A DNA stretch of 64,000 bases from an uncultured virus (IMG/VR IMGVR_UViG_3300024259_000022) (IMGVR_UViG_3300024259_000022), one strand, 5' to 3'. Positions 36,658 to 47,691 are shown, counted from the first letter of the stretch. The notes: generated by a model from the sequence alone, not told the origin. Made by a program: numbers and translations.

Positions 36658-38505
36658 TTATATGTTTGATTTTTTAAAAATAAATATTGGCTCAGTATGA
36701 AATGTGTCTCCCACTTTCCTATGATAAGAACTATTTGCTAATCTCATATGATAAGTCTTTTCCAACTCCCATTTCTCTCTCTTACAATAAGCACATATAT
36801 CATCTGCTATTTTATATTTCTCTGTGTTCTTAATATTTATTGCCAAAAACCCATATTCTTTTAATAATCTTTTACTATAATCGACTATATTATATAAAAA
36901 ATTCTGTAACCAATTCTCATAATTTTCATATTTGTTACAACTTTGAGACATCTCTTCGGAATATATTTCTACATTCCAATAGGGAGGACTAGTAAATATT
37001 AAATCATATTCTTCTCTTATTTCTGACATAACTTCTTCTGCCATTCCCATATCAAATCTAAATCTATATTTATAAATCCTCTCTCCTAGAACATTGTATT
37101 GGGAAGAAAAGAAATTGGCCATCTCCATATTCCCAACAGCGGTTTTACCATTAGGATCTATTCCATGATAAAATATATTTCTATTAGAAGCTATACACCC
37201 TGCTAATCTACCACTATATCCAGAACAAGGATCTAACACCTTTCCTCCCTCAGGACAATAATTATCATAAATAAGCTTAGCAATAGTAGGCTTAAAATTA
37301 ACAACAGATCTAACTCCTTTTCTTGTTTTTAAAATTTTCCTCACCCCAGCATGATTAGGAGTTTTTCCCAATTCTAACCATCTATTTATACAATCCTTAA
37401 ACTTATCATCGTTATTATAAGCTTGACATGGACTCACTTCTCCACCTCTTTTATAATATGCATCCATCATATGGGGGTGAAAACTATTGACTAGATCTAA
37501 TCCATTAAAATTCATTTGTAAATTATCATCTTCTAACAAAATGTCTTTACTTTTTATAATCCTATCCATTCTATTTTCTTTTTGCTCATCTGTGAGAGAT
37601 ATATAAGGAAAACCATTTCTTCTATAATATTGAAAAAACATTTCAACAACTTGTCTTTTTATATCTTCTCCGCTTTCCTGATAAATTTTTAACATTTTTT
37701 TGAAATGTTTAGTATTATCTATATTCTCCCAGTGAGACAAAGAGCAATGGCGAATGTAATCACTTTTTTTTCTATCGAATAAGGAAGATTTTATTTTAAT
37801 AATATTATGATCGGTACTAGAAACCCTTAAAATAATATTATCTTTCTTATTGTTTTTATTTCCGTCATTTTTATAAAAATCCATAAACGATTCTACTATC
37901 CTTTTCTTCCTATCTATCCTAAACCCAACATTACTACAATAATCAAACGTATTAATTGTAAAAGTATAAGCTTTTTTAGATGAACGATCATTTGATACCA
38001 TCCTCATCTCGCCTGTCTTTACTTTCAACCCATCTAATATACTTTTAAAGCTGCTTGTCCATTTGGATATATTTTTAAAACCAACCCTATACCTAATATA
38101 TCCATCTGAAGCATTAACTTTTGTAATCCATCCATCTGAGTCCATTATCCCCTGTGAAAAAGATATTTTAAAATCATTATTTTTATATACAAAAGAAGGT
38201 ATTATTGTTTTATCTTTTGTCAATTCTTTTAAAAAGAAAACAATTTGCTTAGAACACACAACAAGTTGATAATATGAGATTTTTCCATCTTTTCTAACAG
38301 TTTTTATTCTTCCTTTCTTATCAAACAGGCTGTCAACTATATTATAACACTTTTCGCAAAAATCATAGTCCTCTGATGTTATGGAAAATTGATAAGTGTC
38401 CTTACCAACATACAAACATCCATCTCCAAGAAGAGACCCTATTAAATAAGCGAAATCTTTTGTATATACATCTTTTGAAATTTCAATATGTTTGCCCACA
38501 AGCAC
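36658..38505 (-). CDS. LAGLIDADG endonuclease - RHH - amino-DNA methyltransferase fusion
   Basis: AYLIGSLLGDG and FSQGIMDSDG; IILRVS..KSDYIR RHH-like linker; LDPCSGYSGRL and TSPPYW. Confidence 0.85.
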   Translation of the reverse strand: MLVGKHIEISKDVYTKDFAYLIGSLLGDGCLYVGKDTYQFSITSEDYDFCEKCYNIVDSLFDKKGRIKTVRKDGKISYYQLVVCSKQIVFFLKELTKDKTIIPSFVYKNNDFKISFSQGIMDSDGWITKVNASDGYIRYRVGFKNISKWTSSFKSILDGLKVKTGEMRMVSNDRSSKKAYTFTINTFDYCSNVGFRIDRKKRIVESFMDFYKNDGNKNNKKDNIILRVSSTDHNIIKIKSSLFDRKKSDYIRHCSLSHWENIDNTKHFKKMLKIYQESGEDIKRQVVEMFFQYYRRNGFPYISLTDEQKENRMDRIIKSKDILLEDDNLQMNFNGLDLVNSFHPHMMDAYYKRGGEVSPCQAYNNDDKFKDCINRWLELGKTPNHAGVRKILKTRKGVRSVVNFKPTIAKLIYDNYCPEGGKVLDPCSGYSGRLAGCIASNRNIFYHGIDPNGKTAVGNMEMANFFSSQYNVLGERIYKYRFRFDMGMAEEVMSEIREEYDLIFTSPPYWNVEIYSEEMSQSCNKYENYENWLQNFLYNIVDYSKRLLKEYGFLAINIKNTEKYKIADDICAYCKREKWELEKTYHMRLANSSYHRKVGDTFHTEPIFIFKKSNI

Positions 38506-38561
38506 ATTCCTTTTAAATTTAAAAATATTATAACCTACATACTATCGCTTTACATATATAA

Positions 38562-38588
38562 ATTCAAACATCCTTTTAGAATTCCTTT
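38562..38588 (-). promoter_or_regulatory. SigmaH-like promoter
   Basis: AAAGGAATT-14 nt-GAAT. Confidence 0.65.
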
Positions 38589-38633
38589 AATAAATCCAAA
38601 AAAGTATATACTTTTTTTAAAAAGTCTGAGCAC

Positions 38634-38665
38634 AAAAAAAGAGCAGGGCATAAGCCCCACTCTTT
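38634..38665 (-). terminator. Intrinsic terminator after the major capsid gene
   Basis: AAAGAGTGGGGC-TTAT-GCCCTGCTCTTTTTTT. Confidence 0.8.
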
Positions 38666-38695
38666 AGTTTTTCTAAAACGTTCTTAAACTACTGT

Positions 38696-39568
38696 TTAAG
38701 AAGCATTTGCATCGGTCATAGTAATTTTAGAAATTGCATAGTCGTTAATTACAACGATACCAATTTCTTCATATATAACCCAGCCGAGTCTCAATTTTTT
38801 AGGATCATCAGCAGGTAGAACTGTGATGTCTTGACGAATTGGGAAAGCTCCAACTGTTTCAGGACTTGCTACTACAAGAACTGTATTACTATCCATACGT
38901 GAAGAAACATGGATATCAGCAGTCCACAAATGACCGTACAAGCCAGTTGTGATAATTTCTCTCTGAGTTGCCTCATCGTAGAAGTCCTTACCGAAAGTTC
39001 TAATGCTAGCATACTGGAAAGCATGTGTAACAATTTTAGCTGCTACTAGGTCATGCTGTTCGATCTGCTTAAATGCTTCGTTCAACGCAGGAATCGTTAG
39101 AGTTCCATAGTTGGTAATACTTTGTGCTCCAGGACACGCTGTCAAAAGAGCATTAAAGATATTACTATCTTCTTCCTTTTGAATCGCTTCTTTAGCCTTG
39201 ATCTGTGCTCTGTCTACGATGTAGAATCTACGAGCTTTGATCTCAGACAGTCTAACTGTTGGGTTAGCTGCGATTTCAAAAGTTGGGACTAACACTTCTT
39301 CAGCTTCTTGAATCTGATCAGGTACAGCACCTCTACGAGATACAACCCAAGCAATAGCTGCAACGTCACGCTCATATCTTGCAAGAGCGCCTTGTGGCAA
39401 TTCATCGACCATAAGAAGTTTTCTTCCTACAGCTTGATACTCAAGAGCCCTACGGATAGGTTCTACCATTGCCTGAGCAAGAGCAGTTCTACCTTCGTCA
39501 GTCTCAAGAGCCTGAGCAATTACCATTTCTTTTTCTTGGTCACTAAGACCGTTTTTATCAAATGCCAT
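38696..39568 (-). CDS. Major capsid protein (HK97 fold, short encapsulin-like type)
   Basis: ALAQAMVEPIRRALEYQAVGRKLLMVDELPQG..VPTFEIAANP..LGWVIYEEIG; strong RBS and terminator; follows protease and decoration genes. Confidence 0.88.
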   Translation of the reverse strand: MAFDKNGLSDQEKEMVIAQALETDEGRTALAQAMVEPIRRALEYQAVGRKLLMVDELPQGALARYERDVAAIAWVVSRRGAVPDQIQEAEEVLVPTFEIAANPTVRLSEIKARRFYIVDRAQIKAKEAIQKEEDSNIFNALLTACPGAQSITNYGTLTIPALNEAFKQIEQHDLVAAKIVTHAFQYASIRTFGKDFYDEATQREIITTGLYGHLWTADIHVSSRMDSNTVLVVASPETVGAFPIRQDITVLPADDPKKLRLGWVIYEEIGIVVINDYAISKITMTDANAS

Positions 39569-39655
39569 TTTATTCTCCTTTTATTTTTTATTCTTAGGTA
39601 TTAATCAAAATCCTAAGATATAAATTAATATTAACACTGTTTTTTTTATTACTAA

Positions 39656-40216
39656 TTATATACGTAATACAACTGGGAAGTAATCGCCCAGAGTCATACT
39701 TCCACCAGAACCATTAGTAGTATCTGTTCCAGGAACACCACTGTCGTAACCCTGAACTCCACCAACAGACATAGCAATATTTTGACCTACTACTGCTCCT
39801 TGAACCAACCAGCTTCCATTTCCTCCTGTTGTTCCAGACCCAAACAAGTTACCTGCTACAGGTGTCGCTGAACCTGTATCAAGAAGATCTGAACTAATCC
39901 AGAATTTTCCACCACCGTTATAAACAGTGATCTTCTGTGAAGCTGTTGTTTCGTCATAGAAATCACTTACGCGATTTTCTGTCCAACGGGTTCCTGCACC
40001 ATTCGCACCAATTGTTACTTGATCAGAATAAGCAGTTGTTTGTCCTTCTGCATTGAGTGCTGAATCACCTGCAACACCAAGACAATTAGTAGCTGCGATT
40101 GCATCAACTGCAATAACAAGATCATTTGTAAGTTCTACTAAATTTCCTGCACTAATAGCAGCTGCGCCTACTGGATACATATCTGCAACTACGTGATACT
40201 CGACTATAAGAGCCAT
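39656..40216 (-). CDS. Capsid decoration/cement protein
   Basis: G/A/T-rich 186 aa between protease and MCP; AISAGNLV..LGVAGD..KITVYNGGGKFW. Confidence 0.65.
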   Translation of the reverse strand: MALIVEYHVVADMYPVGAAAISAGNLVELTNDLVIAVDAIAATNCLGVAGDSALNAEGQTTAYSDQVTIGANGAGTRWTENRVSDFYDETTASQKITVYNGGGKFWISSDLLDTGSATPVAGNLFGSGTTGGNGSWLVQGAVVGQNIAMSVGGVQGYDSGVPGTDTTNGSGGSMTLGDYFPVVLRI

Positions 40217-40247
40217 AATTACTCTCCTTATTTTAAAATTCTATTTC

Positions 40248-43200
40248 TTATTTATTGTAAGTTTTTCTCAATTGAGCCAAATCATCGTGGTCAGCATCTT
40301 TATTCTGTTTATCAAGAGTAAAGAGTGTTGACAGCTTTGAAGTAATATCATCTTGAGAGCCTCTTACGCTGCTCGCCTCATTTATCTGTATGGTCTGAGA
40401 CATACCATCTGAAACAGTGTTAAGTCCTTTTTGAGCAAAGATAGCTTTTTCAATATCTCTGATCTGCGAAGGCTTATAAGCTTTTAACTCATTTATCTTT
40501 GTAGGAAGGTCAGTCGCTTCAATTTGACTTGCTTGAAGCATTCTACCTGCTACTCTAATAGCCTCGGACTCCGAATCGTTATTAGCGATTACTGTGCCTT
40601 TATCTTTAGTAGTTTTTTCACTACCTATTTCTGAACTTTCTTCTTTTCCCTGTAGAGCATTTCCTGTAAACACATCAGGATGGTCTTTAGGAGAATCAGG
40701 TTTTGTTCCTATTGTTTCACTTTCGTGACCCATCATTCCTGAGTCACTTTTAACATCTGACAAATTAATTTCTTCAGCAGTAAACTTTTCTTCTTTACCG
40801 ATAGTTCCCCCATCAGAGATAGGTTTAATATCAGCATCTTCAGCTACAGGTTCTGGAGGAGCAAGTTTCTTAGCAATTCTATCAGCAAGACTTGAGATGG
40901 CCTCTTTCGAGTTCCCAAAGCCCTTCATATGCATAAGATCGTTATCAACAGAAGCTAGTTCTGTTTTGCCTTGACCTTGATCTCCACCTGTAAATCTAAC
41001 ATCTCCACCACTCAAGCCAGCTTCATCTTCGTGACCCATCGTAGCATTATCTGATGGAATAACTGGAAGAGGTTTATCTTGAGGGTTAAGATCGCTATCT
41101 TCTTGTCCCATTAAAGCGCCATCTCTTGGAACAGAAGGTTTTCCTGGAGTTCTAATAGTATCTGACTCATGACCCATTAAGCTTCCACCCTCACCTGCTG
41201 AGTAAGAACCTATATCTTTTGAGTCTTGAGCTTTTTCTTGAGAGATTTCTTTTTCTCCCGCAGTTTTATTTAAAGCATCTATTACGCCTGATAAATCCAT
41301 TTGTGTTTTTCCTACTTTACCAACATTATTTTCCATTACACTTGCTGTCATTGGATTTCCTGTTGGTTGTCCGTTGACAGTAACATTAACTTTCGAAGGT
41401 TGTCCTGAGAATCCTCTATTATTATCAGAATTTTGCATTTCTTGTTCGAAAGGAGCATTACCATCTATTCCTGTTGCAGGTTTTTCATCTCCCATACCTT
41501 GATCTAGAGTAGCACCATCAGCAGCCCCCATGTCTCCACCCGTCTCAGCACCCATTCCTGGATCTTCCACAGATTTCATTGGTCCGCCTCTAGCGTCGCT
41601 CAAATCATCAGGACCGATAGCTTCTTCTATAGGAGCGCCATCACCTGCATCATCAAGAAGAGGATCTCCACCAAGGTCTTCTCCACCTAAATCATCAATA
41701 GGAGGTTCTCCACCAAGGTCTTCTCCAAGTTCTCCTTCAATATCTCCACCAAGTTCTCCTTCAATATCTCCACCACCTGTAGCAACATCTACTGCTTCTC
41801 CAATTTGGTCTACAACATCAGAAGGAAGTTCAAGAGTAACAGTTCCACCAATATCTTCTCCACCAAGTTCTCCTTCAATATCTCCACCAAGTTCATCATC
41901 GATAGAGTCTCCACCGAATGGATCTTCTTCAACTACAGGAACATCAGGATCGGTATCAGGAGTATCATCAAATGACTCTTCTCCTGCCAACTCATCTGTT
42001 AGGAAGTCTTCTCCCTCTGCTACTACTACCTTAAGAGCAGAGCAAACTGTTGCTGCCTGTCTTAGTGAGTATCCTGAACGGACTTGATGAGTAATACATT
42101 CTTCATCTCCATCGCAGTCAGACCACACATCAGCAAGCTTTATAGCAATTTTATTTGTATAAACATCTGCTTTTTTAAGTCTATTACATACTGACTCTGC
42201 AAGAGGTTTTCCTTCATCAGGACCACTCAAGCAAAGAGCATTTTCACCAAAACGTCTTGCAAGTTTTTCTATGCAAGATTCGACTGGGAATTTATCTCCA
42301 TAGCCACCATATGCCACTTTATAATCTTTAAGAACTGATCCTTCTTTACTTGCTGTTTTAATAGTTTTCAAAGCACCAGATTCTTTAAGTTTGATAATTG
42401 TTCCAACTTGATCTTTAAGATCCATCTTATTGAAACCTGCTTCTGTAAGTTTTACGCTTGAGAGAGCTTTTACGAATTTTTGTTTTGCTCTGTCGCAAGA
42501 TGGGCAAATTGTATTTGCTGTTCTTGGAGACCATTCCCATTGACCGAAAACTTGTTTTCCATCTGTAGAAGTCATAAATGCCACTTTATATTTTGTTCCT
42601 GTATCGAGACAGATATAAGAGCCATCTTCCATTCTAACAGTATTAGTTGAACCAGTAGCAGGGCTAACAGATCCAATTTTCTCAACCTTATTTGAGGTTG
42701 CAACTTTAACTGCTTCAGGAAGAATCCTGATAGTTGTTGCAAACTTAATTTCTCTATCATTTGTTACTGAAGCTGCCGCAGGCATTTCACCCATTTCCAT
42801 CTCCATTGCTCCTGGGCCTTCTCCAAGACCTTCTTCAGTAGGCATTTCAAAACCTTCTCCTTCAAAACCTTCTTCTACCTCTTCTTCTCCTTCTCCACCT
42901 TCATCAGGAGTAACGCCTTGCCACTTAGTGACATTAACTTCTACTTTATATGTCATTTCGGAACTACAATTTCCGCATTTACCTTTACCATCAAGAACAT
43001 CAACATCATCACTACCACAAACAGGGCAAATAGATCCTGGAGGTAGAGGTTCAAGGTTATCTTCAAGACCGCCTTCTTCTCCCATTCCTGGCTCATCTGT
43101 AAAGCTTTCCATTGGAGGAGCCCCCATCTCTGGAGCGCCAGGCATTGAAGCACCAGCACCTGGAGCTTGAGCTGCACCACCCATGCCACCCATTTCGCCA

Positions 43201-45923
43201 CCCATCATCTGAGCAGTTTTAATTTCTTTCTTAGCTGATGATAAAATATCTACCTCAGGAGGTGGTGGCGGTAATTTAACTCCATCGCCTTGACCTCTTG
43301 CATCTTTGTCCTCTTCGCAACACTCTTCTTCTTCAAATGGGCATTCATCTCCATTAATATCAGCATCAATATCTTCAACAGGGCCTTCAATAATATCACC
43401 GATATCATCAGGAACTATCTCTTCTTCTGCTCCATCTTGAATATCTATGATTAATTCACCACTGTCTCCAACTTCAATTTTAATAACTGCTGCTGCAACT
43501 GAATCATCCTCAATCATTTCTTGTGCAAATTTCTTTACACCTGCAACGAAAGCGACTTTATCAGTAATAGGAACTCCAATATCTTCCATTGTAGCTCTAA
43601 CTTGATATCTGCCATCTTTTGGCTTATCAAGTTCTTTAATAGCTGATTCAAGAGAAGATGTCTTACTGACTATAGTAGTGTCAGCAACCTTATTCATTTT
43701 ATACTTAACGATAGAATTAACTTTTACCATTTGTGTCTCATTATTAATAACATGAGAGATAGTGTCAAAAACATCTTCTGCCTTCATACCGAATTGAGCA
43801 TTAGAAGCTGCTGTTACGATTAAGGCATCGATTGTTGACAAACCATTTTGAGATGCTGTCTTTGCAAAATAAGAAGCATTAGAGGCAATTGCTTGTCTGC
43901 TCTCTTTTTTATAAGGAAGAGAATTAAGAACTGCCAAGAAAGCTACTTTTGATTTCATATCAGCATCATCATTAAGAACAGAAGCCGTTCTCTTAATCTC
44001 TAATGGAGACTTGCGATAAGTAGCAATAAGATCTGCTATAATATTAGTAGCTGTTTTAACAAGAGAAACTGAATAATTTTTATTAGCCCATCTCTTCAAT
44101 CCATCAGTCATATTAATATTCTTTAACTGATCTTCAGTAATAGTCTCTACATCGCCAATAAACTTATGGTTACTAAGGAGATCTCTGATTTGTGCCTGTG
44201 TAATAGACTCTGTATAATCGTCAGGAATATTACCTGCGATATCTCTACTAAAGTCATCCCACTGTTTTTCAGTAATAACATCTGGATATTCATTAAAATG
44301 AATTACAGCCTCACCTAAAGCACTCTGAGTCTTCATTTGGTCTTCAGTAATAGTTTCATATGTTCCTATACGAACTTGAGGGCTATCAGAAGTAGTATCA
44401 TTACTTTTTTCAGAGCCACCGATTTGCTCTTTACTCTCAGTAATACCTTCATAAACTTCTTCTGTTCTTGGATGAAGTGGCTCAGCTTCTTTGCTAAGTT
44501 GCTTTTCCGTGATTACTTCAAGGTTTTCTGTATTTGCCGCCACTTTTGTGGTTTTCTTATCAGTAGCCATATCTGCTCCTATTTCTAATTTAGAATTAAT
44601 ATTTTTATTTAAATTACGTAGACTCTCATCCAGAGAGTTGACTTTACTCATTAACTTTTGACTTATTCGCAAAAAATCCTCTATTTTTCTTGAAGAATTT
44701 TTTGGCATTGTGACATTCCCAAGGCCTGCCATTTCAGAAGTTTGACTTCCTGCTGGCTGAGGAGGTGCTTGTTGAGCTGCCATTTGCTCAGGAGGAAGAG
44801 GTGCTGGGAACTGTTCTGCAACGATTGGATTGTCATCATCTGCCCCTGTTACTGGAGGAGAAGGCAATGCTCCATATCCCATTTCTGTAAGTTCATCATA
44901 AAAATCTTGAATATCTGCCATAGCCTTAACTATTTGACTAACATACTCCATTGAAACATTTTCTTTCTGTTTCAACATACTCTTAGTCACTTTTTCAAGC
45001 TCATCCATACTATTTTTAAGTGATTGTAACTCTTTGACTCCACCAAACTTAGTAATAATATCGCTATCTTCTTCACTAAGATGTGCTTCTTTAATAAGAC
45101 CGCCTACCATCCTATTGAACGATGCTACCTTACTCTCAATAACAGGAGAGTTAAGAACACACTTTACTCCACAGTCATGGCATGCAGGATTCACAACAAA
45201 ACTATTTTCAATAAACTTTAAACCATAGTTATGCTCAAAAATAGGCTGTTCTGAGTGCTTTAGTGTATTAGTGTCATCTGCTGTGCTTTTGCAGATAGGG
45301 CATTTATCTAGTTTATCTGTAGGACTATTATGATAGGAGCATTTTAAGTCTCCTGTATACTTCCTGTTTTTTCTATTTGCTACATGTGAGCAATAGTCTT
45401 CAGAAGTATGAGCATTGTTGTGACATACAGAACAAATAGAATTCTCTACAGAGCAACCCATTGATGTTCCTGTAATATACCCCTCTTCAATTCCCCTCGC
45501 TAAGCGTGGGTAAGCAAGTTTATCTACTCTTCCTATAATATAGATTCCACCTTCTTCTTGATCGTACCAAGAGTGAACACATTCTCCTCTTGCCTTTTCT
45601 ACATCATCATTTTGGTGATTAGTAAAAAGTGGAACTCCAACGAAGCTCTCTGTTGCTGTCTTAAGCTCTGCTTCACAGAAAGCATCTCCATTATCGTTAG
45701 GTTCATCTTTTTTAATCGCAAAAACTTTAATATAAAGATGATCGGGATGATCTGAGGTAGCTTCTTTAAGATCAAAACCTCCAAGGTCTTCTCCTTCTAC
45801 ATCTATAGAAGCAGTTTTAATTTGGTTAGGAAGTTCAAATATATCCCAACCTTTTCCTTTAGGTTTATTTAAAGCAGTTACCTTACACTTATGTGAAAAA
45901 GTTGCTTTTTTATACATTGCCAT
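40248..45923 (-). CDS. Prohead protease-scaffold polyprotein
   Basis: N-terminal protease motifs NDNGDAF, LFTNH, GTSMGC, FIENSFVVNPA; long acidic low-complexity scaffold with many K-x-A motifs. Confidence 0.75.
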   Translation of the reverse strand: MAMYKKATFSHKCKVTALNKPKGKGWDIFELPNQIKTASIDVEGEDLGGFDLKEATSDHPDHLYIKVFAIKKDEPNDNGDAFCEAELKTATESFVGVPLFTNHQNDDVEKARGECVHSWYDQEEGGIYIIGRVDKLAYPRLARGIEEGYITGTSMGCSVENSICSVCHNNAHTSEDYCSHVANRKNRKYTGDLKCSYHNSPTDKLDKCPICKSTADDTNTLKHSEQPIFEHNYGLKFIENSFVVNPACHDCGVKCVLNSPVIESKVASFNRMVGGLIKEAHLSEEDSDIITKFGGVKELQSLKNSMDELEKVTKSMLKQKENVSMEYVSQIVKAMADIQDFYDELTEMGYGALPSPPVTGADDDNPIVAEQFPAPLPPEQMAAQQAPPQPAGSQTSEMAGLGNVTMPKNSSRKIEDFLRISQKLMSKVNSLDESLRNLNKNINSKLEIGADMATDKKTTKVAANTENLEVITEKQLSKEAEPLHPRTEEVYEGITESKEQIGGSEKSNDTTSDSPQVRIGTYETITEDQMKTQSALGEAVIHFNEYPDVITEKQWDDFSRDIAGNIPDDYTESITQAQIRDLLSNHKFIGDVETITEDQLKNINMTDGLKRWANKNYSVSLVKTATNIIADLIATYRKSPLEIKRTASVLNDDADMKSKVAFLAVLNSLPYKKESRQAIASNASYFAKTASQNGLSTIDALIVTAASNAQFGMKAEDVFDTISHVINNETQMVKVNSIVKYKMNKVADTTIVSKTSSLESAIKELDKPKDGRYQVRATMEDIGVPITDKVAFVAGVKKFAQEMIEDDSVAAAVIKIEVGDSGELIIDIQDGAEEEIVPDDIGDIIEGPVEDIDADINGDECPFEEEECCEEDKDARGQGDGVKLPPPPPEVDILSSAKKEIKTAQMMGGEMGGMGGAAQAPGAGASMPGAPEMGAPPMESFTDEPGMGEEGGLEDNLEPLPPGSICPVCGSDDVDVLDGKGKCGNCSSEMTYKVEVNVTKWQGVTPDEGGEGEEEVEEGFEGEGFEMPTEEGLGEGPGAMEMEMGEMPAAASVTNDREIKFATTIRILPEAVKVATSNKVEKIGSVSPATGSTNTVRMEDGSYICLDTGTKYKVAFMTSTDGKQVFGQWEWSPRTANTICPSCDRAKQKFVKALSSVKLTEAGFNKMDLKDQVGTIIKLKESGALKTIKTASKEGSVLKDYKVAYGGYGDKFPVESCIEKLARRFGENALCLSGPDEGKPLAESVCNRLKKADVYTNKIAIKLADVWSDCDGDEECITHQVRSGYSLRQAATVCSALKVVVAEGEDFLTDELAGEESFDDTPDTDPDVPVVEEDPFGGDSIDDELGGDIEGELGGEDIGGTVTLELPSDVVDQIGEAVDVATGGGDIEGELGGDIEGELGEDLGGEPPIDDLGGEDLGGDPLLDDAGDGAPIEEAIGPDDLSDARGGPMKSVEDPGMGAETGGDMGAADGATLDQGMGDEKPATGIDGNAPFEQEMQNSDNNRGFSGQPSKVNVTVNGQPTGNPMTASVMENNVGKVGKTQMDLSGVIDALNKTAGEKEISQEKAQDSKDIGSYSAGEGGSLMGHESDTIRTPGKPSVPRDGALMGQEDSDLNPQDKPLPVIPSDNATMGHEDEAGLSGGDVRFTGGDQGQGKTELASVDNDLMHMKGFGNSKEAISSLADRIAKKLAPPEPVAEDADIKPISDGGTIGKEEKFTAEEINLSDVKSDSGMMGHESETIGTKPDSPKDHPDVFTGNALQGKEESSEIGSEKTTKDKGTVIANNDSESEAIRVAGRMLQASQIEATDLPTKINELKAYKPSQIRDIEKAIFAQKGLNTVSDGMSQTIQINEASSVRGSQDDITSKLSTLFTLDKQNKDADHDDLAQLRKTYNK

Positions 45924-45944
45924 TATTATTTTCCTTATTTATTA

Positions 45945-46148
45945 TTACTCTCTCATCCAATTCTCTTGTTCAAGCTGTAACAACCTTCCTCCGCATTGAC
46001 ATCTTTGGGAGGCATCTTGAGCTGTTCCTGTAAACATGGCTTTTTGAGGTTGTTTACATTTCTCGCATTTGACATCTACCATTTGCTGAGCTTTCTTCAT
46101 TCTTCTTTTATGATCGCCCGCTTTAATAACTATTTTTCTCTTTGCCAT
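45945..46148 (-). CDS. Small zinc-ribbon protein
   Basis: KCEKC..RCQCGG; MKKAQ. Confidence 0.6.
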   Translation of the reverse strand: MAKRKIVIKAGDHKRRMKKAQQMVDVKCEKCKQPQKAMFTGTAQDASQRCQCGGRLLQLEQENWMRE

Positions 46149-46175
46149 TTTTATAATTCCTTATTAATATTTTTA

Positions 46176-46646
46176 TTAATATAAACTTCTATCTTCTCTT
46201 CTGTCTTTAAGACCTCTAGGAGTATGAGTTTCAGGTGGTGTACTATTATTTATATGATTATCATTTTGTGGTCCTTCTGCATCTAATCTTAATTGAATTT
46301 GCTTTACTAAATTATTCTCGTAATTTAATGGCAATTCTTTATTTCCAAGAACCTCAAAGATGCCATCGCTTGGATCTGTTAGCCCTCTTTCCAACATAGC
46401 ATCAACTATTTTTTCTACCAATATTTTCAATGGTCGGTCTGAATGTATTCCATAAAATCCTAGACACATATTCCCAACTTGCTTAGTTTCTCCAGATGCC
46501 ATATTCTTAATAATATTCATATATGCTCCCCCTCTAACATTCCCGCAATGATCGCAAGGTTGACCTACTCCATCCACTTGTTCAATTACTTCCCAAATTT
46601 CTTGTTGAGCTAATTTCTCATAACTTGCTGTTTTAAGAATTTTCAT
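46176..46646 (-). CDS. Zinc-finger protein with MKILKTASY tag
   Basis: Likely start at MKILKTASYEKLAQ; CDHCG..VGNMC. Confidence 0.6.
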   Translation of the reverse strand: MKILKTASYEKLAQQEIWEVIEQVDGVGQPCDHCGNVRGGAYMNIIKNMASGETKQVGNMCLGFYGIHSDRPLKILVEKIVDAMLERGLTDPSDGIFEVLGNKELPLNYENNLVKQIQLRLDAEGPQNDNHINNSTPPETHTPRGLKDRREDRSLY

Positions 46647-47295
46647 AGTCTTCCCTATCCTTACAATCGTGACATACATCACTATTTGCCATTTGGTCTC
46701 TACCTTTAGATTTTCCGCAAATCATACATTCAACAATATCTATTTGTAAATTTTCATAATTTGCTGTTCTTATAACTTTTACCGAAGAATGTTCTTTATG
46801 CTTTTTCCACAATGTGTCAAACTTATCATCTAATTTCTGTTCTCTTCTTTCGCCTGCTCTTCCTGAATATTCATCTTTCCACTTGTCGTTCTGATATTCT
46901 TCAGTATCTTCATCAGTCCATTCTGACCTCTGATCGGTTCTTCTTGAATCTTTAAACTCTTCTGGTTTATCATGAGGGCCAAGAACACTACGATTTTCCA
47001 ATGCCTCTTCGTTATATCTTTCAGCATCAATATTCGCTTGGTCTTCTGCTACTTGTTCTTCAAAAGGTTGTTCTTCTGTAGCCTGACTTCCAAACTGATC
47101 TAATATTTTTGAAATACCATTATCTATTTTTTCTTGGTCCCATACTGCCCATGTTCCACTTGTGGCAAGATCAAGAATAAACTCTGCTGCTTTTCTCTCA
47201 TCTCCATCATTCTTTCTCAAAGAATTATCAAACAACTCTTGATAAGATATTTCTTCCATAGCTTTTTTATAATTTGCTGTTTTTAAAATTTTCAT
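46633..47295 (-). CDS. Acidic protein with MKILKTANY tag
   Basis: Also carries internal VKVIRTANYENL followed by CMIC..CHDC. Confidence 0.6.
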   Translation of the reverse strand: MKILKTANYKKAMEEISYQELFDNSLRKNDGDERKAAEFILDLATSGTWAVWDQEKIDNGISKILDQFGSQATEEQPFEEQVAEDQANIDAERYNEEALENRSVLGPHDKPEEFKDSRRTDQRSEWTDEDTEEYQNDKWKDEYSGRAGERREQKLDDKFDTLWKKHKEHSSVKVIRTANYENLQIDIVECMICGKSKGRDQMANSDVCHDCKDREDYENS

Positions 47296-47307
47296 TAATA
47301 TTCCTTA

Positions 47308-47691
47308 TTACATAGAAGCAGGTTCATACCAAGGACTTGTCGATGGAGCTGCTTTTGGATTTTGTTTAGATGGAAGAGGGTCAATAGACGTTCCTTGTGA
47401 TTGATATTTGTTCCATAAATCAGAAGTTAATGAGTCAATTCTCGCAGCTCCGTCTTGACCAGCAGCAGGAGGAGTTACTTGTTCTATAGCTTGTTCAATA
47501 CTCATCTTACCCGCTGAACTCTGAAAAAGCTGTAATGCCTTAACAGCAAATGGAACATAAACAGAATCTCCGTCTTGATAGCTTGGATAGTCATTTTTAA
47601 GATTCTCTGCATTACTTCCAGGATACATCTCAGCTAAACCACTTTGCCTTGCCTCTATTTTCTTATAACTTGCTGTTTTGAAAATTTTCAT
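47308..47691 (-). CDS. Protein with MKIFKTASY tag
   Basis: Likely start at 47691 (ATGA overlap with the upstream ORF). Confidence 0.6.
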   Translation of the reverse strand: MKIFKTASYKKIEARQSGLAEMYPGSNAENLKNDYPSYQDGDSVYVPFAVKALQLFQSSAGKMSIEQAIEQVTPPAAGQDGAARIDSLTSDLWNKYQSQGTSIDPLPSKQNPKAAPSTSPWYEPASM

